Assembly: GCA_038128225.1 (NCBI GenBank)
Contig: JAYPJF010000001.1
Location: 2,155-66,154, forward strand
Length of the DNA stretch: 64,000 nucleotides
Reading direction: 5' to 3'
Source of the DNA: a bacterium
Lineage (GTDB): Bacteria > Patescibacteriota > Minisyncoccia > Phycocordibacterales > UBA2100
A model generated the notes under the pieces. The model was not told where the DNA came from, did no database searches, and saw only the letters and a program-made list of their open reading frames with translations. Both the position numbers and the translations under genes were made by a program. Positions 47,160-55,850 of this stretch are shown here, piece by piece; position 1 is the stretch's first letter, and each line of letters opens with the position of its first letter.

Positions 47160-47933
47160 TTAAGAACAATACAGGACCAACTCGTGCTTCTCCTTTGCCG
47201 AGAGCGACACATTCGTTTCCTTTCCCAAAAGAGTTGCGCCGTTAAGCGTTACATCACGAACATTTGACGGCAATCCAAATGTAAGTGTGACGGTAAGTAC
47301 TTTTATTGTAAGCGCGCTTCGCGATGTGCCATCTACATACACTGGCACCCCGGGAAGTTTGGCTTCCACTGAGCCACCGCTTACGAGCGCTTCCGATGGA
47401 AGTGACAGGCCCGGTAGTGAGACAGGAATTGAAGTTGAAGGATACATGGTAGGACATCCTTCATTACGAATAGTGACCTCCACTGATGTCTGCTGCAACG
47501 CAACAACACCGATCGCAACGATGGTAATGATACCCAGCGGACCTCTTGCGCCCTTGATAATGCGCCCCCAACGAGACGCGGTGTGTACCGGCTGCTCTCC
47601 CCCAGTATTCTGCAATTCCTCCTGCACGCGAGCAACTTCACTTTGAAGCTGTTTCCAACTTGTGATGAAAAGCAAAATATATTTCTTTCGCTTCTTCTCT
47701 TCCTCGGTATTCTCAGGCAAATGCTCTGCAGTAAGGTGGATAATCTCGCCACCCGAGAGCTTGTCCCACGCAGAAAGTGCCTCTTCGCATTTTTGTATCA
47801 TCTGATCAATGCGCGAATCAATACCTCGTATGAGGGTACATACTGATGCAAACTTCTCGCGTGTAGTCGTCGGCTCCACAAGGAGCGTGTGTGCTGCTTT
47901 GAGTCTACGGACTGAATCTTTGGCACTTAGCAT
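47160..47933 (-). CDS. hypothetical membrane protein
   Basis: One central TM helix (IITIVAIGVVAL), otherwise unrecognised. Confidence 0.45.
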   Translation of the reverse strand: MLSAKDSVRRLKAAHTLLVEPTTTREKFASVCTLIRGIDSRIDQMIQKCEEALSAWDKLSGGEIIHLTAEHLPENTEEEKKRKKYILLFITSWKQLQSEVARVQEELQNTGGEQPVHTASRWGRIIKGARGPLGIITIVAIGVVALQQTSVEVTIRNEGCPTMYPSTSIPVSLPGLSLPSEALVSGGSVEAKLPGVPVYVDGTSRSALTIKVLTVTLTFGLPSNVRDVTLNGATLLGKETNVSLSAKEKHELVLYCS

Positions 47934-47966
47934 GAGAAAAGTTTGATCGATTTAAATTCCTACATA

Positions 47967-48158
47967 TTACTGTCGCCCATTAACACAATACAAACATACT
48001 TTTTGATTTTCACGAGTCTTTACATACTTATTACCACATGAGCAAATTAAAATCACACTCTTAAGCGGCTTGTATTGGTACCCATTTGGTGGCGTGTGTT
48101 TTACTACATGACTTTCGATCACTTTTTCTTTTGCCTTGCCTTTTGTTTCGCGTGCCAT
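47967..48158 (-). CDS. hypothetical small zinc-ribbon-like protein (or frameshifted C-terminal extension of the upstream helicase)
   Basis: CSC...CLYC arrangement. ATG lies 2 nt after the helicase TAA stop, in a different frame. Confidence 0.35.
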   Translation of the reverse strand: MARETKGKAKEKVIESHVVKHTPPNGYQYKPLKSVILICSCGNKYVKTRENQKVCLYCVNGRQ

Positions 48159-48160
48159 AG

Positions 48161-49393
48161 TTATTCTACAAAGGTAAGTGCTTTGCCTACCGAACCCGCT
48201 CGGCCGGTGCGCCCAATACGGTGTACATAATCTTCATAACTTTCAGGAACATCGTAGTTGATAACGTGAGACACTTGGGGAATATCAAGGCCGCGCGCCG
48301 CAACATCAGTTGCTACGAGTATCGTCACCGCGTTTTCCTTAAAAAGTTTCAGCGCGCGTTGGCGTTGATTGTGATTTTTATTGCCATGAATTGATTCGGC
48401 TTTAAACCCCAGTTCACGTAAGTCTTTCGAGAGGCGTTCGACGCCGTGTTTTGTGCGGCCGAACACGAGTACTTTATTGAACTCGGGAAGCACAAGTAGT
48501 TCTCGAAGGTATTCGATTTTTTGTTTGCCATTTCCAATCCTTACCACATCTTGGTCAACGCTTTGCGCCGTGTCGCGTGTCTTTACGGAGACGCGCGTTG
48601 GATTGTTAAGAAAATCTCCAATGAGGCGCTCAATATCGGCAGATAGCGTTGCTGAGAAAAAGAGCGTTTGCCGTGTAGAGTTCATTTTTCCCAAAATAAG
48701 GCGCATGTCGTTAATGAACCCCATATCGAGCATACGATCAGCCTCGTCTAAAACTACGGTGGAGAAGCGTGAGAGATCAAGTTCGCGCCGCTCAATCACA
48801 TCTTTGAGACGTCCGGGAGTACCGATGACAAAATGTGGGCCCCGGCGAAGGGTGCGGATTTGCGGCATGATATTTGCACCACCAACCACACACACCGAAT
48901 GGATGTTTAATGCCCCGGCAAGTACGCGGCATTCAGTGTCGATCTGCAGCGCAAGCTCTCGCGTCGGCACCATAATAAGCACCCGCTCAGTTCTGTTTTC
49001 AATTACTTTATGCAAAAGCGGAATAAGGAAAGCGCTTGTTTTTCCAGTACCCGTATTTGCAATACCGACTACGTCTTCCCCACGCAACACATGAGGGATC
49101 GCCTTATCTTGAATCGGTGTTGGCGACACAAAGCCTTTTTGTGCAATGTTCTTCTTGAGCCGAAGATCGATCGGAAAATCATTGAACTGATGCGCGGGCA
49201 AGAAAGGCTCCACCGCCTCAGCGGCCACTGCCTTGTTTACAAACTTTGAGAAATGTATGGAGTTCCCGCCGCGACTGCGTCGTTTATGAGCAGAATGCCC
49301 GCTGCGGCGGTTGAAAGGGCGTCCCGAACGCCGCGATCGATGTAATGGAAATTGCGTCATACTAATTATGCGCTGAGAGATGGTTGCTCTCAT
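48161..49393 (-). CDS. DEAD-box ATP-dependent RNA helicase with Arg-rich N-terminal extension
   Basis: Q-motif, TGTGKT, VVLDEADRML (DEAD), SAT, HRIGRTGR; N-terminal about 50 aa Arg/Ser-rich. Start uncertain. Confidence 0.85.
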   Translation of the reverse strand: MRATISQRIISMTQFPLHRSRRSGRPFNRRSGHSAHKRRSRGGNSIHFSKFVNKAVAAEAVEPFLPAHQFNDFPIDLRLKKNIAQKGFVSPTPIQDKAIPHVLRGEDVVGIANTGTGKTSAFLIPLLHKVIENRTERVLIMVPTRELALQIDTECRVLAGALNIHSVCVVGGANIMPQIRTLRRGPHFVIGTPGRLKDVIERRELDLSRFSTVVLDEADRMLDMGFINDMRLILGKMNSTRQTLFFSATLSADIERLIGDFLNNPTRVSVKTRDTAQSVDQDVVRIGNGKQKIEYLRELLVLPEFNKVLVFGRTKHGVERLSKDLRELGFKAESIHGNKNHNQRQRALKLFKENAVTILVATDVAARGLDIPQVSHVINYDVPESYEDYVHRIGRTGRAGSVGKALTFVE

Positions 49394-49513
49394 ACAACGC
49401 TCTCGAGTATTTTGCTACGAAGATCGCATATAAACAAAAGCGATCTTGAGAAGGTTGGTGGAACAATAATAACAGGGATTTCCTTTTTGTCAATTTACTG
49501 CTATACTCGCCCT

Positions 49514-50221
49514 ATGGAACCTTCTGAATTCCCGATGCGAATCAATAAATACCTCGCCCATCAAAAAGTCGCGACGCGACGCGACGCGGATAAACTCATT
49601 GAGGCAAAAAAAGTGTACATCAACGAGCGTATCGCCGTTTTGGGAGACAAAGTCCAGATTGGCGATAAAGTCGAAGTGCGCACAACGCGAAAAAGAGCGC
49701 ATCGTTATTTTGCATACAATAAGCCAAAAGGTGTCATAACCCACTCGCCGCAACAAGGCGAAAAGGAAGTGGCTGACGACATGCCGATTCCAGGCGTCTT
49801 CCCTGTAGGTCGTCTTGATAAGGACTCGTATGGCCTTTTGATTCTTACTGACGACGGTCGTCTCGTTGACGCTCTCCTTAACCCCGAACATGAACATGAA
49901 AAAGAATACGTAGTAGCGGTTAAAGAACCTGTGCGAAAAAGTTTTAAAGGTTATCTTGAGCAAGGAATTGACATCGAGGGTTATACGACTAAACCTTGTA
50001 CCGTGACCATGCGCTCCCCTCGCTCTTTTTCCATCACTCTCACCGAAGGTAAAAAGCATCAAATACGCCGCATGGTTTCAGCGCTCCACAATGTGGTCAC
50101 TGATTTGAAGCGCGTACGCATCATGAATATCGAACTCGGAAAACTGAAATCTGGTGAACACCGTCCAATCGAAAGTGCGGAGCTTGCAAAACTTCTTTCG
50201 TCGCTTGGTATACCTCACTAA
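49514..50221 (+). CDS. pseudouridine synthase, RsuA/RluB family (S4 domain plus catalytic domain)
   Basis: S4 domain (MRINKYLAHQKVATRRDADKLI) and catalytic GRLDKDSYGLLILTDDG; start set at MEPSEFPMRINKY. Confidence 0.8.
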   Translation: MEPSEFPMRINKYLAHQKVATRRDADKLIEAKKVYINERIAVLGDKVQIGDKVEVRTTRKRAHRYFAYNKPKGVITHSPQQGEKEVADDMPIPGVFPVGRLDKDSYGLLILTDDGRLVDALLNPEHEHEKEYVVAVKEPVRKSFKGYLEQGIDIEGYTTKPCTVTMRSPRSFSITLTEGKKHQIRRMVSALHNVVTDLKRVRIMNIELGKLKSGEHRPIESAELAKLLSSLGIPH

Positions 50222-50727
50222 AACTTCCTGCTGTCGTATGCCCAATGCAAAAGCGCTTGTCGTTGTTTAGTGTGGCATGCAAAATCTCCCTTCCTGCAAT
50301 TTTTTTGAACTTGTGCGATATGCCGCCGCATCGCACGCCACCGCTTTATTTGCCGATCGTCCTCGCCAGAAATTCGTCTCCCCATGTAGTATCGACAATA
50401 CCATTGAAACCATCCGCGCGGATCGTCCTTGTATATCCAACCGTTATTGCGCCATATCTGCAGCGGCTGTGATGCGAGTATTTGAAAATAATTCAATTCT
50501 GCGTGAGTTTTTTTATCTTTTGTAAGTTTCGCTTTTACAAACCACGAACGCGGAAACTCCTTAGGCTGATCACTCATATAGAGGCCGCCAAAGACACCAA
50601 GCTGAAGCATTTCTTTTGGCGTGAGGTCGGGTTGAAAACGCGGATCGAACTCTCTGCCTACAGGTTTGGTCCTACTGTACCGATACTTTTTTTGAAACCG
50701 ATCACTGACCGTAACTAACTCTCCCAT
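50218..50727 (-). CDS. conserved hypothetical Trp/Arg-rich protein
   Basis: No confident family; motifs GWFQWYCRYYMGRR; 169 aa. Confidence 0.45.
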   Translation of the reverse strand: MGELVTVSDRFQKKYRYSRTKPVGREFDPRFQPDLTPKEMLQLGVFGGLYMSDQPKEFPRSWFVKAKLTKDKKTHAELNYFQILASQPLQIWRNNGWIYKDDPRGWFQWYCRYYMGRRISGEDDRQIKRWRAMRRHIAQVQKNCRKGDFACHTKQRQALLHWAYDSRKF

Positions 50728-50916
50728 GTTACAAAAGTGAACTAAAGTGTGCCCCTAGGTAGTATGGCCAGATGATAATCGCGTATATGCTCTGCAAAAA
50801 GGTAAGTTGCAGGTACCCTATAGTGAAAAGCCAGCCCACAAACCATACGCCACCGGAAAATGTATGGTTTTCTATTTTTACTTTGTCGCTCATACGTTTT
50901 TTTGTTTGTGCGGTTG

Positions 50917-51174
50917 CTATGCTTTTTTCCAACGGGGGGCAAACCGAATCATGAAAGTCGCAAACCAACGAAAGAGCACGTTTTCGCCACGCGCTTTCAT
51001 GCTCTCGTTCACGATGTGTTGGAATTCCTTGAGATCATTCCCTTGGTACATAAGCTGTCCATTTCTAAAACAGAGCGAACAATACTGATCCGACTCGCGC
51101 ACACCTGGGTCCTTGTTAAAAGGCATCAAGCAGCTTTCACACATCTTATTTGTCATGTTTCTATTATACAACAA
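50917..51174 (-). CDS. putative zinc-ribbon domain protein
   Basis: CESC...CSLC pairs near N-terminus (MCESCLMPF...YCSLCF). Confidence 0.5.
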   Translation of the reverse strand: MLYNRNMTNKMCESCLMPFNKDPGVRESDQYCSLCFRNGQLMYQGNDLKEFQHIVNESMKARGENVLFRWFATFMIRFAPRWKKA

Positions 51175-51255
51175 CGCATTATGTAAGAACGATGTACTTT
51201 GTGCGTCATTTTTGAGAGAATGTTCTTTCGTTTACGAAACCTAACAATAAAAACC

Positions 51256-51657
51256 ATGGCCATAGCTGTACTTATCCTCGCGTTCATAATTAGTGGTGGC
51301 GTTTCGTTTGCCGCAGAAAAAAGCTTGCCTGGAAACCCGCTTTACATTGTTAAAACAACGGTGAATGAAAACGTGCGCTCTGTGCTCGCATACTCTCCTG
51401 AGGCGAACGCTGCGTGGCAAGCTGAAGCAGCAGAGCGTAGAATGCACGAACTCGTTACTCTTTCCGAGCACGGAGACCTCACCCCCGCTATCGCCGCGCG
51501 CCTGCGTGTTAAATTCGAGGATCGCGCGACCGCTGCAGTCGAAGCCGCTGCTGAACTTGCGGAAAACGGTGACGTTGCCACGTCGCAAGCCATTGCATCA
51601 AAACTTGAAAGTATGATGACTGAGTATACGCGCATGCCGGTTAACAGCATACAGTAA
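51256..51657 (+). CDS. DUF5667 domain protein (secreted)
   Basis: Signal/TM then LPGNPLYIVK...E motif characteristic of DUF5667, a family typical of CPR bacteria; start at Met20 of ORF. Confidence 0.6.
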   Translation: MAIAVLILAFIISGGVSFAAEKSLPGNPLYIVKTTVNENVRSVLAYSPEANAAWQAEAAERRMHELVTLSEHGDLTPAIAARLRVKFEDRATAAVEAAAELAENGDVATSQAIASKLESMMTEYTRMPVNSIQ

Positions 51658-51703
51658 ATCTCCTCGCCTCGTAGAGACAGTTCGTTCCACGTCGCAGCAG
51701 AGT

Positions 51704-52627
51704 TTATTTTGCGCTCTTTACTACTTGCTCCAACGTCGCAATATCAAATTTTTTCATTTTCAAAAATGCTTGCGTAAGACGATTGAGTGCCGCCTTGTCT
51801 GTTGTATGCATCCATGTATCCATTGCGCGAGGCACAATCTGCCATGAAACTCCGTATGCATCCTTAAGCCACCCGCACTGTTCTGCTTCCGGCACCGCAG
51901 ATAACTTTTCCCAATAGTAGTCAATTTCTTTTTGAGAATCGCATTTAACTACCAAAGAAACCGCTTCATTAAAAGCAAACGCGTGTTTTTGTGCACTGTC
52001 CATTGCCGCAAACTGTTGTTCGCCCAATGCAAAACCGCCGTGCTTGATAGTGCCTTCTCGTTCTGGTACCTCATCCGCACCATACCTAAGCTGATATGTT
52101 ATTTTTGACTGCGGAAAAACAGACGTGTACATGATCATCGCTTCCTCAGCTTTCCCGCTTACGTCTCCCACAAACATCAATGTTGGCACGATACGTTGCA
52201 CAACCGACTGCCCTCCCATATACATGATCTGCCACGAAAGACCGTACGCATCTTGAATCCACCCGTAACGCTCACTAAATGGATATGCTCCAATGTCCAT
52301 GAGCGGTGTTCCTCCTTGAATTAACTTTTGCCAAAGGGCATCAACATCTTCTTTGGTTTCGCACCCCACCAAAAATGAAATCGACGGGTTGAATTTGAAG
52401 TAAGGACCTGCGCTGATGAGCATGAATTCCTGCCCATACAACTGCATGGTGAGTATTTCGGCATCACCAGACGGAGTGCCCTCAAGAATCTGAGACCCCG
52501 TAATCACCGATTTACCACTCGAAGCGGCGTCCACAAACGTCTGAGTGTAAAACTCTGCTGCCTCTCGCGCTTGGGTGTCAAACCACAAGTGAGGGACAAT
52601 TTTTTGCATACTACTGTTTGTCGACAT
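51704..52627 (-). CDS. tandem PhnB-like/VOC (3-demethylubiquinone-9 3-methyltransferase-fold) protein
   Basis: Two repeats each starting VP(H/T)LWF/LMF... with glyoxalase-fold motifs. Confidence 0.65.
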   Translation of the reverse strand: MSTNSSMQKIVPHLWFDTQAREAAEFYTQTFVDAASSGKSVITGSQILEGTPSGDAEILTMQLYGQEFMLISAGPYFKFNPSISFLVGCETKEDVDALWQKLIQGGTPLMDIGAYPFSERYGWIQDAYGLSWQIMYMGGQSVVQRIVPTLMFVGDVSGKAEEAMIMYTSVFPQSKITYQLRYGADEVPEREGTIKHGGFALGEQQFAAMDSAQKHAFAFNEAVSLVVKCDSQKEIDYYWEKLSAVPEAEQCGWLKDAYGVSWQIVPRAMDTWMHTTDKAALNRLTQAFLKMKKFDIATLEQVVKSAK

Positions 52628-53042
52628 TCACCATCCAATTAACGCCAAATTTGTCGCGAACCATCCCAAAATATGCGCCCCAAAACATTTCTTGATACGG
52701 AAGCGTGACGGTTCCTCCATCGGCAAGCGCGTTAAGTAGTCGCTCACCTTCTTCTTTCGACTCTGGATGCAGTGACAAGCTTACATTGTCACCCATGGTG
52801 AGTGTCTGCCCCATCGAAGGCATCGCATCAGTGCCCATGAGCGTGTTTTCACCAACAGGCAACGAAACGTGCATAACTTTTTGAAGATCTTCTTCACTCA
52901 TTTGGTCTTTGTTGGGTAAGTCGGGTACATCTTTAAATCGCTGTATACCTCCTCTCTCATACTCACCTCCAAACACTGACTTATAGAACTCAAAAGCTTC
53001 TTCAGTCTGGCCCATAAAATTTAGATATGGATTCAGTTTCAT
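52611..53042 (-). CDS. PhnB-like/VOC family protein
   Basis: Start at MKLNPYLNFMG (Met44 of ORF); same fold as the neighbouring gene. Confidence 0.6.
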   Translation of the reverse strand: MKLNPYLNFMGQTEEAFEFYKSVFGGEYERGGIQRFKDVPDLPNKDQMSEEDLQKVMHVSLPVGENTLMGTDAMPSMGQTLTMGDNVSLSLHPESKEEGERLLNALADGGTVTLPYQEMFWGAYFGMVRDKFGVNWMVNVDKQ

Positions 53043-53064
53043 ACGAGTTGTTACTGCCCCCTGT

Positions 53065-53685
53065 TTATAATACCGCCCCATCAATACCCACTTGTCGTTT
53101 GTATTCCTCGATAACCTCAGGGTGTTGCCCTTCTTTGCATTCAGAAACAAACTTCGCAGCTGCAGCGCCATCAGGGAACGTCATGTACGCAAGCGCCCCT
53201 TCGCAAATAGTATTGATGTTCAATTTGGTACTCACATTTGGTGCCCCCGTACTTGTGCCGAGTATTCGCGTAACCGTGAATACTCCTTTCATGTCGTACT
53301 TTGCCCATTGATTAGAACTGAGCGCTTCTTTAATGACCACCGTACCCTCAGCGGTAATGTATTGGTCGTTCTCCAGCTGTGCGCGCTCTGTAGACGAAAG
53401 TTGAGCTGCGTCAACCGCGTAATATTCTCCGCCGTCGGTGCGTAGCCCAAAAGCACACTCTTCTGTTTGAGGACCGCTCTGATCTTTATGTGGCAAACAG
53501 GTAAATCTGCCCGCGAGCGTCACCGGACGCGGGGTGGGATCAAGATCAGTCGCCCCTGGCGTACCCGTACGCGTATCAGAATTTGTCTGTTGGGTCTGGG
53601 CCCATACCATATACCCTCCCCCGGCGAGGACAATAAGTAAAGCTACAACAACAAGTGGCGTGATGCGTGCATCCATACACCGCAT
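53065..53685 (-). CDS. hypothetical secreted protein
   Basis: N-terminal TM/signal (ITPLVVVALLIVLAGGGYMVWA); no family recognised. Confidence 0.45.
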   Translation of the reverse strand: MRCMDARITPLVVVALLIVLAGGGYMVWAQTQQTNSDTRTGTPGATDLDPTPRPVTLAGRFTCLPHKDQSGPQTEECAFGLRTDGGEYYAVDAAQLSSTERAQLENDQYITAEGTVVIKEALSSNQWAKYDMKGVFTVTRILGTSTGAPNVSTKLNINTICEGALAYMTFPDGAAAAKFVSECKEGQHPEVIEEYKRQVGIDGAVL

Positions 53686-53759
53686 TATACATCCTCATTC
53701 ATAGAGATAGGATGAAGTGCGGGGGCGCGTTGCATTACTTTTTTTGATACTATGCGGGT

Positions 53760-55226
53760 ATGCGTTTCGTTTTACTTTTTGCTATCACGGCAGCGTTCCT
53801 TGTGCCGGTTACCACCCACGCGGCGCGTTCACTTTATTTAGGAGTGTCGGGAAGTGATGTTACAGCATTACAACAAGCTCTCATCGCGGAGAGTTATTTG
53901 GCTTCTGGAAAAGCAACAGGTTACTTTGGCCCACTTACCGAAACAGCGGTTAAAAAATTTCAGTGTGACCGTGAAGTGGTGTGTAGCGGAGAACAAGGAT
54001 ACGGTGTATATGGCCCAGCAACGCAGGCACGCATGGCTTCAGTGCGCGCCGCTTCTGACAATCCTTCAAGTATTGCTACGGGAGTGTTAACTCCACCCGC
54101 GCGAGGGCCTTTTGAAACTTCCGGCTGGATCCCGTACTGGCGTTCGGCAACAGGCACTCGCGACGTAAGCCAACACCTCACGTCACTCACAAGCGTCATG
54201 CCTTTTGTGTACACTGTGCGAAGCGACGGAACAATTGTAGACAATGGAAAACTCTCTGAAGAACCGTGGGCAAGTTTTATTATGGAGGCAAAGAAAAACA
54301 AAGTGCGCGTTGTCCCCACGATTATGTGGGGCGACGGCGAAGCTATTCACCGTATTCTAAGCAACACACCATCACGCATCAAACTCGAAGACGACATTGC
54401 CGCGCTCGTGAAGCAACACAACTTTGACGGAATCGATATAGACTTCGAGGCGAAAAAACATAAGACAATCTCTTACTTCTCGACATTCCTAAAAGGTCTT
54501 TACCAAAGAATGGGAAACAAGTGGGTATACTGCACTATTGAGGCACGTATGCCATTGGAGAATCGCTACAGCCCCGGTGCAACAATTCCACCTGACGCCA
54601 CTGACTTCGCAAATGATTACGTCGAAATGAACAAGTACTGCGATCGTATCGAGATCATGGCGTACGACCAAGGAACGATCGACGTGCGTCTTAACGCGGC
54701 GCGCAATGCGCCATACGCTCCTACAGCAGACCCTGCATGGGTTGAATCTCTTGTGACGCTCGCGGCACAAACTATCGAACGCAATAAAATCATCGTTGGT
54801 ATTCCTACGTACGGTTATGAATATAAAGTGACGCCACTTTCAGACGGAAGCTATCAGTACAAAGTGCTCTGGCCCTTCAACCCAGGATACGCTCTTGATA
54901 TCGCACAAAAACTCGGCATCACCCCAACGCGCACCAGCGCAAATGAAATCGGTTTCAGCTATGACCCTGACCGCCTTGCAACGCTTGCGCCAACGGGCAG
55001 CGACTCAACACAAACCCAGCAAGTGATCCCCTCATCTTCGGTTGTACACAACGCAGGAACTACGAGCGCAATCCAAAATCTCAAACCATTCAATTATATT
55101 TCGTGGAGTGACGCGACTGCAATTAAAGATAAAGTAGATATTGCACGGCGCCTTGGTGTACGCGGCGTTGCAGTATTTAAGTTTGACGGCAGCGGCGACC
55201 CGCTTGTATGGGACGTGTTGAAATAG
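53760..55226 (+). CDS. secreted glycoside hydrolase family 18 (chitinase-like) with N-terminal peptidoglycan-binding domain
   Basis: Signal peptide, PG_binding_1-like (GVSGSDVTALQQALIAESYLASGKATGYFGPLTETAVKKFQ), GH18 catalytic DGIDIDFE. Confidence 0.8.
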   Translation: MRFVLLFAITAAFLVPVTTHAARSLYLGVSGSDVTALQQALIAESYLASGKATGYFGPLTETAVKKFQCDREVVCSGEQGYGVYGPATQARMASVRAASDNPSSIATGVLTPPARGPFETSGWIPYWRSATGTRDVSQHLTSLTSVMPFVYTVRSDGTIVDNGKLSEEPWASFIMEAKKNKVRVVPTIMWGDGEAIHRILSNTPSRIKLEDDIAALVKQHNFDGIDIDFEAKKHKTISYFSTFLKGLYQRMGNKWVYCTIEARMPLENRYSPGATIPPDATDFANDYVEMNKYCDRIEIMAYDQGTIDVRLNAARNAPYAPTADPAWVESLVTLAAQTIERNKIIVGIPTYGYEYKVTPLSDGSYQYKVLWPFNPGYALDIAQKLGITPTRTSANEIGFSYDPDRLATLAPTGSDSTQTQQVIPSSSVVHNAGTTSAIQNLKPFNYISWSDATAIKDKVDIARRLGVRGVAVFKFDGSGDPLVWDVLK

Positions 55227-55298
55227 TGTGCGCGGTTACAGTCGTGCCTCAGTCATACTAATGGCTATAACAAACCCTTGATCAAAACTTTCGTGCCA

Positions 55299-55688
55299 TC
55301 ACTTGAGGCGTACCAATATGCCCTTTCGCTTGACGATATTTTTGTAATCCCACTGAATCTTTTTTGATTTTTTAAGCCATCGTTTGAGATCCTTCACTCG
55401 TATTTCTTCAGGGTCCGTGTACCGTACTTCCGCAGCCTTAAAACTTCCTTCAGGCTCCAGACTCTTCTCTTCAAACGACTGCCCGCTCCAGAACAAAAGC
55501 TGAATATCATTTTTGCGCTTCGCGTAGCCAACAACTGGGTTTCCATCCAAAAACCAGACGGCAGTTCTATGCCACATTTTACTTTCGGCCTTAGGTAACC
55601 CTGCATCAATCTCCTTCGCCAAACAAGCGACAATTCTCTTATCCTTACCGGCAAGCGCTGTGTTATATGCCCGTATATCTTTGTGCAT
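55299..55688 (-). CDS. DUF1801 (YdeI/YdhG-like) protein
   Basis: WHRTAVWFLDGNPVVGYAKRKNDIQLLFWSGQSF matches DUF1801 core. Confidence 0.65.
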   Translation of the reverse strand: MHKDIRAYNTALAGKDKRIVACLAKEIDAGLPKAESKMWHRTAVWFLDGNPVVGYAKRKNDIQLLFWSGQSFEEKSLEPEGSFKAAEVRYTDPEEIRVKDLKRWLKKSKKIQWDYKNIVKRKGILVRLK

Positions 55689-55850
55689 ACGGATAACTAT
55701 ATCAAAACCTACTGGAACGTAGGTCAGTCATTCAAAATCCTACAAGCCAGAAAAAAGCGTGGTCAAGCGGTGTTCACTGGTCGTTCAGAAAATCATGCTC
55801 TAATTCGTTACTTCGCGAGAGAAACGAAACTCGGCGGCGAAGCGTCCTTC

